Assembly: GCF_943371865.1 (NCBI RefSeq)
Contig: NZ_CALRWL010000017.1
Location: 40,829-104,828, forward strand
Source: Azorhizobium sp. AG788
Lineage (GTDB): Bacteria; Pseudomonadota; Alphaproteobacteria; Rhizobiales; Xanthobacteraceae
Reading direction: 5' to 3'
Length of the DNA stretch: 64,000 nt
In this document: positions 50,013 through 60,700 of the stretch, piece after piece
Layout: each line of letters begins with the position of its first letter
How positions within the stretch are numbered: the stretch's first letter is position 1
Position numbers and translations under genes: made by a program
The notes under the pieces: model-generated
What the model was told of the DNA's origin: nothing
Seen by the model: the letters and a program-made list of their open reading frames with translations, nothing else
The model's database searches: none

Positions 50013-50453
50013 ATGCCGCGTTTATCCGATAAAAGTCTGCTCGCCATTGCCGCCGTGGTGGACGTCGCCGTCCATGCCCGCGGCGCGCCCGTGGCCGCCA
50101 AATCCCTTGCTGCCCGTCATGGATTGCCGCCGCGCCGGCTGGAGCCTGTGCTGCAGGCCCTGGTGCATGCGGGGGTCCTGAAGGGGGTCCGTGGACCGCG
50201 CGGGGGCTATGAACTTGCCCGCGAACGCCGCCGGGTTTCCGTCGCCGAGATCGTCCGCGTGGTGGAAGGGGCCGAGGAGGAGAAAGAAATCATCCTCCCG
50301 CCTCTGGTGCTGGACGTGGTGCAGCCGGCGGTTGCCGCCGCCGAGCAGACCTTCGACGCCGCTCTCGACACCGTCACCCTCGAGGACCTGTGCCGCGCCG
50401 CCGATACCAAGGGCCACGGCTCGGACAACGATCGCATCGATTTTACCATCTGA
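50013..50453 (+). CDS. Rrf2-family transcriptional regulator (no Fe-S cysteine triad)
   Basis: MPRLSDKSLLAIAAVVDVAVHARGAPVAAKSLAARHGLPPRRLEPVLQALVHAGVLKGVRGPRGGYELAR is the Rrf2 winged HTH. There is only one Cys in the whole protein. Confidence 0.88.
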   Translation: MPRLSDKSLLAIAAVVDVAVHARGAPVAAKSLAARHGLPPRRLEPVLQALVHAGVLKGVRGPRGGYELARERRRVSVAEIVRVVEGAEEEKEIILPPLVLDVVQPAVAAAEQTFDAALDTVTLEDLCRAADTKGHGSDNDRIDFTI

Positions 50454-50504
50454 CCGGCGCCGGCCCTGACCGCGCGCCCGGTGCACATCCAAGGAGACTG
50501 CTCC

Positions 50505-51491
<987 letters not shown>

Positions 51492-51498
51492 GATCCCC

Positions 51499-51524
51499 CG
51501 CGGGAGGGGCCTGCCCCTCTCGCG
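51499..51524. repeat. GC-rich hairpin right after the cysK stop (REP-like / terminator)
   Basis: CGCGGGAGGGGC-ct-GCCCCTCTCGCG, about 11 bp stem with one G-U. It has the same GGGAGGGG/CCCCTC flavour as the units inside cobN. Confidence 0.5.
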
Positions 51525-51637
51525 GCTCTGGCGCCGGTGTCTCGTTCGCCGCCGCGCGGCCGCGTCGGTTGCTCCAAGGGCCCTGAGCCGCCAGTATCCT
51601 CCCCGTCAATGCGACCGGACCCATAGAGGCCGGCGAC

Positions 51638-52528
51638 ATGGGAGGAAGACCGATGGTTCAAACGAGGCGCTTGATCGCCGCGCTGGCGACGCTTGTTCTG
51701 GGGACGCAACTCTGGGGAACCGCTGCGCTGGCGCAATCCGCGCCCCAGTCGCCGCAAGCGGCGCCCGCCCCGGCGGTATCAGCCCAGACCCGGCCGAAGG
51801 TCACCACGCTGGGGCCGGACTTCCCCAAGAGCGCGATTTTCATCGGCAACAGTTTCTTTTATTACAACAACGGCATTCACAGTCAGGTTCTGGCGCTGGA
51901 GCGCGCGGCCGATCCGGACAACAAGGCCGCCTATCGCGCCACCATGGTGACCATCGGCGGCTCCGGCCTGGATTGGCACGATGTGGCCAGCTATTTCCGC
52001 CCGGGCGGCATCGGCGCCTATACCTTCGATGATCAGAACAACGTCGTCTTCAACAAGCCGGGACGGATGTTCGACGTCGCGGTGATGATGGATTGCAGCC
52101 AGTGCCCGATCCATCCCCAGCTCAAAACCGCCTTCGCCACCGAGGTGAAGAAGGACAGCGCCATTGTGCGGCAGAACGAGGCGCGCCCGGTGCTGTTCAT
52201 GTCCTGGGCCTATGCGGACAAGCCGGAGATGACGGCGGAGCTGGCCGAGGCTTATACCACTGTGGGCAATGCCAATGACGCCTTGGTGATCCCCGCCGGC
52301 CTTGCCTTCGCGCGACTGCGGGCGCGCCAGCCCGACCTCAATCTCTATGCGCCCGATAAGCGCCATCCCAGTCCCGCCGGGAGCTATCTGGCCGCCAACG
52401 TCATTTTTGCCGCCCTCACCGGGCGCTCGCCCGTGGGCAATGCCTATCGTGCTGGGCTGGACGAGCCCACCGTCCGCCTGCTCCAGACCGTCGCCTGGGA
52501 AACCGTGCAGGATTATTACGGAAAATGA
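51638..52528 (+). CDS. secreted SGNH/GDSL-like hydrolase family protein (tentative)
   Basis: Signal peptide (RRLIAALATLVLGTQLWGTAALAQS), FIGNSFF (block I Ser-like) and DKRHPS (block V DxxH-like). An alternative ATG is at 51653. Confidence 0.6.
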   Translation: MGGRPMVQTRRLIAALATLVLGTQLWGTAALAQSAPQSPQAAPAPAVSAQTRPKVTTLGPDFPKSAIFIGNSFFYYNNGIHSQVLALERAADPDNKAAYRATMVTIGGSGLDWHDVASYFRPGGIGAYTFDDQNNVVFNKPGRMFDVAVMMDCSQCPIHPQLKTAFATEVKKDSAIVRQNEARPVLFMSWAYADKPEMTAELAEAYTTVGNANDALVIPAGLAFARLRARQPDLNLYAPDKRHPSPAGSYLAANVIFAALTGRSPVGNAYRAGLDEPTVRLLQTVAWETVQDYYGK

Positions 52529-52679
52529 GGCGGTCGCAGCATCCCTGAGCGTCCGCGGCCTTGTCTTGTCTGCGCGATGGCCGCGGCGCTGCGTGCGTGG
52601 CAATGGGTGGCCTGGGCTTCTAACCCCCGATCGCCTCCAGTAGGATCGAACGCTGATTCGCAGAGGCGGCGCGGCGCTC

Positions 52680-55286
52680 ATGAGGAGCGGTTCTGCGAAG
52701 GGAAGGGAACAGGGGCGCATGGCCGATCGGAGCCGGAGCATCGGCATGCCGCGGAAATGCGACGGGCGCCTGTTTCCCGCACGTGGCGGCGAGAGGGGGC
52801 CCGGCGGCGCTTCGTATCTCTTTCCCCTTGGTGCGATCCATCGCCTGACGCGGCCCAACTGGCGCCGTTTCGCCCGCCTTCCCGCTGTGGGGGTTTTTGT
52901 TTATTCCAGCACCGCGCACGCGGCGGCTTGGGACGCTCCATTGTCGTTCAATGTTCTGGTCGGTCTGACCGCCGGGGCGTCGGTGGTGGCGCTGGCCGCC
53001 CTGGGCGCTGCGAGTTGGACTGCGGCGCGCTCCCAGCAGGCGAAGACACTCGCGGCCCTCAGTTCAGCTGAGATGCGTGCCGATCTCCAGGCGCTCAAGG
53101 CGCTGCTGGGCGCAACCGCCAGAGGCATGGTGCTGTGGCGGGAAGGCCAGGCCCCTGACCTCTTTGGCGAGGCTGCCCTCCACCCATTCCCGCTGTCGGA
53201 GACGGGCGGAGATTCCGTGCTCTCCCGTGGCGTCGCATCGTGGCTGGGGTCGGAGGCTGCCACGGCGCTTGCGCCATCGCTCGAGGCCTTTCAGGCGAGA
53301 GGCGTGCCGTTCACGTTGCGCACCGGCGATAGCCAGGGCGCGCCCGTGGACGTCGAGGCGCGGGCCGCGGCCGGCGTTCGAACCCTCGTGGTCCGCCGGG
53401 TGCCGGATGCGATTGGCGGGGAGCGAGAGCCTGCGGCAGATGCCGTCGCCGCCGACGGCGAGGCGCAGGCCCTGCGAGCACTGTTCGATCTCGCCCCGGT
53501 GCCCATGTGGCGACGGGGCGCGGGCGGAAGTCTGGTGGCCGTAAATGCCGCCTTTGTCCGCGCCGTTCAGCCGGATGGGCAAGGAGTGGATGCCGCCATG
53601 GCGGCGGAACTGCTGGATCAGGCGGCGCGGGAGGCGGCCTCTGCCGCCCATCGCGCCGGCCAGCCCTATGCCGCTCGCGTGCGAGTGGTGGCCGGGGGCA
53701 AGCGCCGGCTGTTGGATGTGGCGGAAGCAGCCGGGCCGTTCGGCGCGGCGGGTCTTGCCATTGATGTGACCGATGCGGAGGCGGGGCGCACGGAGCATGA
53801 GCGCGGGATTGCCGCCCACCGCCGCACCCTGGACCAGCTCAACACCGCCGTGGTGATCTTCGGCAGCGATGAGCGGCTGGTGTTCCACAATTCCGCCTAT
53901 GAGCGTCTGTTCGGCCTCGACCCGGCCTTTCTCGACAAGGGTCCCAGCGAAAGCGAAGTGCTGGAAAGCCTGCGCGCCCGTCGCAAGGTGCCGGAGCAGG
54001 CGGATTTTCGCGCCTGGCGCGAGCAATTGCGCGAGGCCTATCGCGCGCTGGAGCCCGTGCACGACTGGTGGCACCTGCCGGGCGGGCAGATGCTGCGGGT
54101 GGTCGCGACCCCCAATGCGGAAGGCGGCGTCACCTATCTGTTCGACGACCTCTCCGAGCGCATGGCACTGGAGAGCCGCTACAACAGCCTGATCCGCATC
54201 CAGGGCGAGACCCTGGATGGGCTGGCCGAAGCGGTGGCGGTGTTCGGATCGGACGGTCGGCTGCGCCTCTATAACGAGGCCTTCCTGCAACTGTGGTCGC
54301 TCAGCGCGCAGTCCCTGGGGGATCGTCCCCATATCGATGCGGTGGCGGCCATGTGCCGGCCCAACCACGGCGAGAGCGGCACATGGGCGCGCATCCGCAA
54401 TGTGGTCACCGCCCTGGATCATCGGGAAGGGGTGGCATTGCGCCTGGAGCGCGCCGACAAGCGCATTCTCGACGGGGCCGCCCAACCGCTGCCGGACGGC
54501 GGCACCATGGTGACCTTCCGCGACATCACCGACAGCGTGAAGGTGGAGCGCGCGTTGATCGAGCGCAACGAGGCCCTTGAGGCCGCGGACGCGCTGAAGA
54601 ATGCGTTCGTGGGGCACGTCTCCTACCATCTGCGCACGCCGCTCAACACGCTGATCGGCTACGCGCACATGCTGGCGGAGGGCACCGCCGGTGCGCTGAA
54701 CCCGCGGCAGAGCGAGTTCCTCGCCCATGTCAGCCAGTCCTCCGATGCCTTGCGGGCGTTGATCGACGACATCCTCGATCTGGCGACCATCGATGCCGGG
54801 GCGATGACCCTCGATCTGGCGGACGTGGATGTCCGCGCCACCCTGGAGGCGGCCCATGAGGCGGTGCGGGACCTGCTGGAAGAGGCCGGGGTCACGCTTC
54901 ATATCGAGGCGGACGGAGACGCCGGCAGCTTCGTCGCCGATGGCCGGCGTGTGCGCCAGATCTTGTTCAACCTGTTGTCCAATGCCATCGCCGCTGCACC
55001 CACCGGCAGCGCGGTAATGCTGCGGGCCGAGCGCGGTCCGGATGCGCTGGTGCTCACCGTGCGCGATCATGGCCCGGGCGTCGCGCCGGAGATGCTGGAG
55101 CATGTGTTCCAACGCTTCGAGGTCAGCGGCACCCGTCATCGCGGGGTTGGCCTCGGCCTGTCCATCGTGCGCTCGTTCATGGAACTGCACGGTGGTTCGG
55201 TCACCCTGTCGCCCGCCACCGGGGGAGGAACGATCGCCACCTGCCGCTTCCCGGTAGACCGACCTGAAAGCGAGGCCTCGCAATGA
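52680..55286 (+). CDS. membrane-anchored multi-PAS sensor histidine kinase
   Basis: TM segment LVGLTAGASVVALAALGAASW, several PAS-like repeats (VVIFGSDERLVFHNSAYERLF, VAVFGSDGRLRLYNEAFLQLW), the H-box FVGHVSYHLRTPLNTL, and HATPase NLLSNAI...DHGPGV...GVGLGLSIV. The start is uncertain (ATGs at 52680, 52716, 52743). Confidence 0.88.
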   Translation: MRSGSAKGREQGRMADRSRSIGMPRKCDGRLFPARGGERGPGGASYLFPLGAIHRLTRPNWRRFARLPAVGVFVYSSTAHAAAWDAPLSFNVLVGLTAGASVVALAALGAASWTAARSQQAKTLAALSSAEMRADLQALKALLGATARGMVLWREGQAPDLFGEAALHPFPLSETGGDSVLSRGVASWLGSEAATALAPSLEAFQARGVPFTLRTGDSQGAPVDVEARAAAGVRTLVVRRVPDAIGGEREPAADAVAADGEAQALRALFDLAPVPMWRRGAGGSLVAVNAAFVRAVQPDGQGVDAAMAAELLDQAAREAASAAHRAGQPYAARVRVVAGGKRRLLDVAEAAGPFGAAGLAIDVTDAEAGRTEHERGIAAHRRTLDQLNTAVVIFGSDERLVFHNSAYERLFGLDPAFLDKGPSESEVLESLRARRKVPEQADFRAWREQLREAYRALEPVHDWWHLPGGQMLRVVATPNAEGGVTYLFDDLSERMALESRYNSLIRIQGETLDGLAEAVAVFGSDGRLRLYNEAFLQLWSLSAQSLGDRPHIDAVAAMCRPNHGESGTWARIRNVVTALDHREGVALRLERADKRILDGAAQPLPDGGTMVTFRDITDSVKVERALIERNEALEAADALKNAFVGHVSYHLRTPLNTLIGYAHMLAEGTAGALNPRQSEFLAHVSQSSDALRALIDDILDLATIDAGAMTLDLADVDVRATLEAAHEAVRDLLEEAGVTLHIEADGDAGSFVADGRRVRQILFNLLSNAIAAAPTGSAVMLRAERGPDALVLTVRDHGPGVAPEMLEHVFQRFEVSGTRHRGVGLGLSIVRSFMELHGGSVTLSPATGGGTIATCRFPVDRPESEASQ

Positions 55287-56836
55287 GCCTGGTGCTGGAG
55301 CGCATTCCCGGGGCCGTGCCGGCATTCAAGCTGGTCCTGCAGGACCTTGCGGCGACCGAACAACTGGCCGCCATGCTGGCCCCCTGGCTTTCCACCGGTG
55401 ATGTGGTGGCCCTGTCCGGCGATCTCGGTGCCGGCAAGACCGCGCTCGCCCGCGCCTTGGTGCGAGCCCTGTCCGGCGATCCGGCGCTGGAGGTGCCCAG
55501 TCCCACCTTTTCGCTGGTCATCGGCTACGAGTTCGGTCGCGGCAAGGTGGCCCATGCGGATCTCTACCGTTTGCAGGATCCCGACGAACTGGAAGAAATC
55601 GGCTGGGACGAGTTGAGCGAGGACGCCATTCTCCTGGTGGAATGGCCCGATCGCGCCGAAGAGCGGATGCCCGCCGATCGGCTGGATATCGCGCTGGAAC
55701 TGGCCCCGGATCTTGGCCCCGATGCACGGCGGGCGGTTCTGGTGGGTTCGGGCGCCTTCGTGGAGCGGCTGGACCGTCTGCACATTTCCGAGTTTCTCAT
55801 CGAGACCAGCGGGTTTGCCGGTGCCGATCGGCATTATCTCCAGGGGGACGCGTCCAGCCGCTCCTATGCCCGCCTGGTGCGCGGCTCGCGTTCGGCGGTG
55901 CTGATGAATGCGCCGCGCCGCCCCGATGGACCGCCGGTGCGGCGGGGGCTGCCCTATAGCCGCCTCGCCCATCTGGCCGAGGATGTGCGCCCGTTCGTGG
56001 CCATGGCCCGCGCCTTGCGCGCCGAGGGCCTGTCCGCGCCGGAGATCTATGCGGCCGATCTGGAGCGCGGTCTGCTGGTGCTCGAGGATCTGGGGGCGGA
56101 CGGTGTCGTCTCCGGCACGCCGCCGGAGCCGATCCGCGAGCGTTATGAGGCGGCCATCGAGGTGCTGGCGGCGTTGCACGGGCGCTCCCTGCCCAGCGTG
56201 CTGCATATCGCGCCGCAGGTGGAATATGTGCTGCCCACCTATACGCTGGAAGCCTTCCTGATCGAGCTGGAACTGTTGCTGGACTGGTATCTGCCGTTCC
56301 GTGGGGCGCAGGTGGACAATATCGTGCGGGAGGAATTCCTGCTGCTGTGGCGCAGCGCCCTCAGTGCCGTGCTCAACGCGCCTCAGACCTGGGTGCTGCG
56401 GGATTTTCATTCCCCCAACCTGATCTGGCTGAAGGACCGCGAGGGTCTTGCCAAGGTGGGGCTGATCGATTTCCAGGACGCGGTGCTGGGGCCCGCCGCC
56501 TATGACGTGGCCTCCCTGGCGCAGGATGCGCGGGTGGATGTCTCCGAAACGCTCGAGGCCCAGTTGCTGTCGCATTATGTGCGGCTTCGGGAGGAGGCGG
56601 AGCCCACCTTCGATGCCATGCGCTTCGGCCATCTCTACGCGCTGATGGGCGCGCAGCGGGCGACCAAGATCCTGGGTATTTTCGCCCGGCTGAATGCCCG
56701 CGACGGCAAACCGCACTATCTCCGGCATCTTCCCCGTATTAGGCGGTATCTCGCCCGGTGCCTGTCCCATCCTGAGCTTGGATCGCTGCGGATGTGGTAC
56801 GAGGCAGTGCTGCCATCGAGGGATTTTCACACGTGA
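55283..56836 (+). CDS. tsaE: fusion protein: tRNA t6A37 ATPase TsaE (N-terminal ~150 aa) + aminoglycoside-phosphotransferase-fold kinase (AmgK-like)
   Basis: The TsaE part has VVALSGDLGAGKTALARALVRAL...PSPTFSLV...HADLYRL. The kinase part has YLQGDASSRSYARL...VLRDFHSPNLIWL...GLIDFQDA (APH Brenner and DxD-type motifs). It is a single uninterrupted 517-aa ORF. Confidence 0.88.
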   Translation: MSLVLERIPGAVPAFKLVLQDLAATEQLAAMLAPWLSTGDVVALSGDLGAGKTALARALVRALSGDPALEVPSPTFSLVIGYEFGRGKVAHADLYRLQDPDELEEIGWDELSEDAILLVEWPDRAEERMPADRLDIALELAPDLGPDARRAVLVGSGAFVERLDRLHISEFLIETSGFAGADRHYLQGDASSRSYARLVRGSRSAVLMNAPRRPDGPPVRRGLPYSRLAHLAEDVRPFVAMARALRAEGLSAPEIYAADLERGLLVLEDLGADGVVSGTPPEPIRERYEAAIEVLAALHGRSLPSVLHIAPQVEYVLPTYTLEAFLIELELLLDWYLPFRGAQVDNIVREEFLLLWRSALSAVLNAPQTWVLRDFHSPNLIWLKDREGLAKVGLIDFQDAVLGPAAYDVASLAQDARVDVSETLEAQLLSHYVRLREEAEPTFDAMRFGHLYALMGAQRATKILGIFARLNARDGKPHYLRHLPRIRRYLARCLSHPELGSLRMWYEAVLPSRDFHT

Positions 56837-57555
56837 CGACGCTTCATCGCGCCATGGTGCTATCTGCCGGCATGGGCACCCGCATGCGCCCTTTGACCGA
56901 TACCCGCCCCAAACCCTTGGTGGAGGTGGAAGGCAAGGTGCTCATCGACCATGTGCTGGACCGCCTGGAGGCGGTGGGCGTGGACGAGGCGGTGGTGAAT
57001 GTGCACCACCATGCCGATGCGTTGGAAGCGCATCTCGCCCGCCGCTCGGCGCCGCCCCGCCTCCATATCTCCGACGAGCGCGGCGGCTTGCTGGAGACCG
57101 GCGGCGGCACGAAGAAGGCGCTGCATTTCTTTCATGATGAGCCGTTCTTCGCCATCAACGCCGACACCATCTGGATCGAGGGGGTGCGCCCCAACCTGCT
57201 GCGGCTGGCGGAAAATTTCGATCCGCAGACCATGGATGCCCTGCTGCTGGTGGCCGGCACCGCCACCTCGGTGGGCTACGACGGCCGCGGCGATTTCTCA
57301 ATGGATCCTTACGGCCGGTTGGAGCGCCGCGGCGAGCGACTGATCACGCCGTTCGTCTATGCGGGTGCCTGCGTGCTCAAGCCCAGCCTGTTCGCCGATA
57401 TGCCCGATGGACCGTTCTCGCTGACGCGCATTTTCGACGCCTCCATCGCCGCCGGTCGCCTGTTCGGCATCCGGCTGGAAGGGGTATGGATGCATGTGGG
57501 CACGCCGGAGGCCATTCCCGCTGCGGAAGAGGCCATCCGCCGGTCCAGCGACTGA
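56833..57555 (+). CDS. murU: nucleotidyltransferase, MurU-like (N-acetylmuramate-1-phosphate uridylyltransferase family)
   Basis: AMVLSAGMGTRMRPLTDTRPKPLV sugar-nucleotidyltransferase N-terminus, about 240 aa. The GTG at 56833 overlaps the upstream stop; an alternative ATG is at 56854. Confidence 0.82.
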   Translation: MTTLHRAMVLSAGMGTRMRPLTDTRPKPLVEVEGKVLIDHVLDRLEAVGVDEAVVNVHHHADALEAHLARRSAPPRLHISDERGGLLETGGGTKKALHFFHDEPFFAINADTIWIEGVRPNLLRLAENFDPQTMDALLLVAGTATSVGYDGRGDFSMDPYGRLERRGERLITPFVYAGACVLKPSLFADMPDGPFSLTRIFDASIAAGRLFGIRLEGVWMHVGTPEAIPAAEEAIRRSSD

Positions 57556-57652
57556 ACACGATTTCGAGAGGTGGGGTGTCGCACGGGACGACCCGTCGGG
57601 CAGCTCCGCGCCGTCTCGCCCTTGAGCACCACTTGATGCGGAGGCGGATGCC

Positions 57653-60600
57653 ATGACGCGGGCCTTCTCGATCCCGTCCTCCGCGCCGTTCCTGGCGACG
57701 CTAGCGCATGCGCTGCTGGACGGCGACCTCGTTCCGGGCTTTGCGCCGCGCGGCGATCCGCTGGCGCTGGCCGCCGCCACCATCTATCTGCCCACCCGCC
57801 GTGCCGGGCGCCTGTTCGCCCAGGCGCTGCTGGAGGCCAGCGGCGGCGAGGCGCTGCTGCTGCCGCACATCGTCCCTCTCGGCGATGTGGATGAGGACGC
57901 GCTCGCCTTTTCCGAGGATGCCGCTCTGCTGGCGCCGCCCCGCGCCGTGACCGGCGTGCATCGGCGCATCGCCTTGGCCGGGCTGGTGGCCCGCTGGCGC
58001 GATGCGCTGGCCGCCGGCGAGGGCCAGGCGATGGTGGCCGCCGGCCCCGCCGCCACCATCGCCTTGGCAGATGAACTGGGCGCCTTGTTCGACCAGATGA
58101 GTACGGCGGGCGTGGATTGGGCGCGGCTCGATGGCCTCGTGCCGGAGGAACACGACGCCTATTTCGAGATCAGCCTGGATTTTCTGCGCATCGCCCGGCG
58201 GGCCTGGGATGCCCATCTGGTGGAGGAGGGCGCCGTCGACCCTGCTGCCCGGCGCGACAGCCTGGTGGATGCGGAAGTCCGCCGTCTTGCGGCTTTAGGC
58301 CCAGAGGCCGGCCCGGTGATCGCCGCCGGCTCCACCGGCTCGCTGCCCGCCACCGCGCGCCTGCTCAAGGCCATCGCCCGCCTGCCGCAAGGCGCGGTGG
58401 TGCTGCCCGGCCTGGATCTGGACATGGAGGATACCGCCTTCGCTTTGCTGACGGCGGAGGCGACCAGCGCGCCGGATCACCCGCAATTCGGCCTCGCCCG
58501 CCTGCTGGGCACGCTGGAACTGGAGCGTCGGGATGTGGTCGAGATCGGCGTCCGCGCGCCGCATGGCCGCGAGCTGTTGCTGAGCGAGGCGCTGCGCCAG
58601 TCGGAAACCGCCGAGCTCTGGGCGACCCTGGCGACCCGCTTGCCCCCAGCGCGCAAGCAAGCCGCTTTCGCCAACATCCGGGTAATCGCGGCCCAGGATC
58701 CCCGTGAAGAGGCGTTGGCCATCGCCTTGGAATTGCGCGCCAGTCTGGGCCATGCGGACCGGCGCGCGGCGCTGATCACGCCAGATCGGGATCTGGCGCG
58801 GCGGGTGGCGGCGGAACTGCTGCGCTTCGGGATCGCCATTGACGATTCCGCCGGCGAACCCCTGGCCGAGACCGCGCCGGGACGCTTGGCGCGGCTCTTG
58901 GCCAAGGCGGTGGGGGAGGGGTGTGCGCCAGTGCCGGTGTTCGCGCTTCTGACCCATCCGGACGTGCATCTCGGCCTGGAGCCGGAGGCGCTGCGGGAGG
59001 CGGTGGCGGCGTTGGAATTGGTGGCTCTGCGCGGTCCGCGCCCGCGCACCGGGGTGCAAGGCTTGTCGGAGGCCGTGGCCGCCTTTCGCCGCGAGGATCT
59101 GCACGGACGCGACCCGCGCCGCCGCCTGTCGGACGAGGCGCTGGACGCCGCGGCGGATCTGGTGGCGCGCCTCGATGATGCTCTTGCACCCTTGAGCGCG
59201 TGGCCGGATGGCGCGGCGGTGCCGCTGGATGAATTGGTGGAGGGCCACAAGGCCGCCTTCGAGGCCCTGTCCGGCCCTCTCGATCCCGACGCGGACGACC
59301 CCGCCGCCGCCGCTCTGGCGGTGGCCTTCACCGAGATCGCCAGCGGCGCCGCGGCCGGACCGCCGCTGACGCTGGATGCCTATGCCGACGCCATCTCCGC
59401 TCTGTTCGCGGACCGGATGGTGCGGCCCCGGGCGCAGGCGGAAGAGCGGGTGCGCATTCTCGGGCCGCTGGAAGCGCGGCTCGTGGCGTTGGATCTGGTG
59501 GTGCTGGGCGGTCTGGTGGAGGGCTCCTGGCCGCCGGAGACTCGCACCGATCCCTGGCTGAGCCGGCCCATGCGGGCGGAACTGGGGCTCGACCAGCCCG
59601 AGCGCCGCATCGGCCTGTCCGCCCACGACTTCGTGCAGGCGTTCGGCGCCCGCGAGGTGGTCCTGACCTATCCGGGCAAGGTGGGCGGCACCCAGAGCGT
59701 GCCCTCCCGCTTCCTGCAACGCCTCGCCACCGTGGCGGGCGAAGCCGAATGGACGGCGGCGAAAGCCCGCGGGGAGGCGTGGCGTCTGGCGGCGGCGGAT
59801 CTGGACGCCGGTCCCCGCGTTGCCCGCTTCACCCAGCCGGCGCCGAAGCCGCCGCTGGCACTACGGCCGCGGAAATTGTCGGTGACGGAGATCGAGACCT
59901 TCCTGCGCGATCCCTATTCCATTTTCGCTCGCCACGTCCTGAACCTCCAGCCCCTCGATCCGCTTGATGCCATGCCCGGTGGCGCCGAGCGCGGCAGCGC
60001 GCTGCATGATGCGCTGGGGGCGTTTGCCATCGCCTTCCCGGAAGACCTGCCGGAGGACGCGCTGGGGCAATTGCTGGCGTTCGGGCGCACGGCCTTTGCC
60101 AAGCTGGAGGTGTTCCCCGCCGAGCACGCGGTGTGGTGGGCGCGGTTCGAGCGGGTGGCCGGCTTTGTGGTGGAGTTCGAGCGCGAGCGCCGCGCCAGTC
60201 TGCGCAAGGTGGTGGCCGAGACCGGCGGGCGGCTGGAACTGCACCTGCCCGGCGGTCCGTTCTATCTCACCGGGCGCGCCGACCGCATCGAGCTGCGCAC
60301 CGATGGCCAACTGGCGATCCTGGACTACAAGACCGGCACCGCGCCCTCCACCAAGCAGGGCGCGACCTTCTCGCCGCAACTGCCTCTGGAGGCGGCCATG
60401 GCGGCGCGGGGGGCGTTCGCGAATGTGCCGGCCGCCCCGGTGGCGGACTTTGCCTATGTGGAATTGAAGGGCGGCGCCGAACCCGGCCGCGAAAAGCCCG
60501 GCGTGGATGAAAAGACCACCGCCACCGCCATGGCCGACGAGGCGCTGGAGCGTCTCAAGGATCTGCTGACCGCCTTCGATGATGAGGCGCAGGGCTACCG

Positions 60601-60700
60601 TTCCCTGGCGGCGCCGCAATGGCGGGGGCGGTTCGGCGCCTATGACCATCTGGCGCGGGTGCGCGAATGGGCCTTGGGCGCAGAGGAGGGCGGGGAATGA
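57653..60700 (+). CDS. addB: double-strand break repair protein AddB (alphaproteobacterial type)
   Basis: 1015 aa. The N-terminus is MTRAFSIPSSAPFLATLAHALLDG. The C-terminal PD-(D/E)XK nuclease block is GRADRIELRTDGQLAILDYKTG. ATGA overlap with addA. Confidence 0.92.
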   Translation: MTRAFSIPSSAPFLATLAHALLDGDLVPGFAPRGDPLALAAATIYLPTRRAGRLFAQALLEASGGEALLLPHIVPLGDVDEDALAFSEDAALLAPPRAVTGVHRRIALAGLVARWRDALAAGEGQAMVAAGPAATIALADELGALFDQMSTAGVDWARLDGLVPEEHDAYFEISLDFLRIARRAWDAHLVEEGAVDPAARRDSLVDAEVRRLAALGPEAGPVIAAGSTGSLPATARLLKAIARLPQGAVVLPGLDLDMEDTAFALLTAEATSAPDHPQFGLARLLGTLELERRDVVEIGVRAPHGRELLLSEALRQSETAELWATLATRLPPARKQAAFANIRVIAAQDPREEALAIALELRASLGHADRRAALITPDRDLARRVAAELLRFGIAIDDSAGEPLAETAPGRLARLLAKAVGEGCAPVPVFALLTHPDVHLGLEPEALREAVAALELVALRGPRPRTGVQGLSEAVAAFRREDLHGRDPRRRLSDEALDAAADLVARLDDALAPLSAWPDGAAVPLDELVEGHKAAFEALSGPLDPDADDPAAAALAVAFTEIASGAAAGPPLTLDAYADAISALFADRMVRPRAQAEERVRILGPLEARLVALDLVVLGGLVEGSWPPETRTDPWLSRPMRAELGLDQPERRIGLSAHDFVQAFGAREVVLTYPGKVGGTQSVPSRFLQRLATVAGEAEWTAAKARGEAWRLAAADLDAGPRVARFTQPAPKPPLALRPRKLSVTEIETFLRDPYSIFARHVLNLQPLDPLDAMPGGAERGSALHDALGAFAIAFPEDLPEDALGQLLAFGRTAFAKLEVFPAEHAVWWARFERVAGFVVEFERERRASLRKVVAETGGRLELHLPGGPFYLTGRADRIELRTDGQLAILDYKTGTAPSTKQGATFSPQLPLEAAMAARGAFANVPAAPVADFAYVELKGGAEPGREKPGVDEKTTATAMADEALERLKDLLTAFDDEAQGYRSLAAPQWRGRFGAYDHLARVREWALGAEEGGE

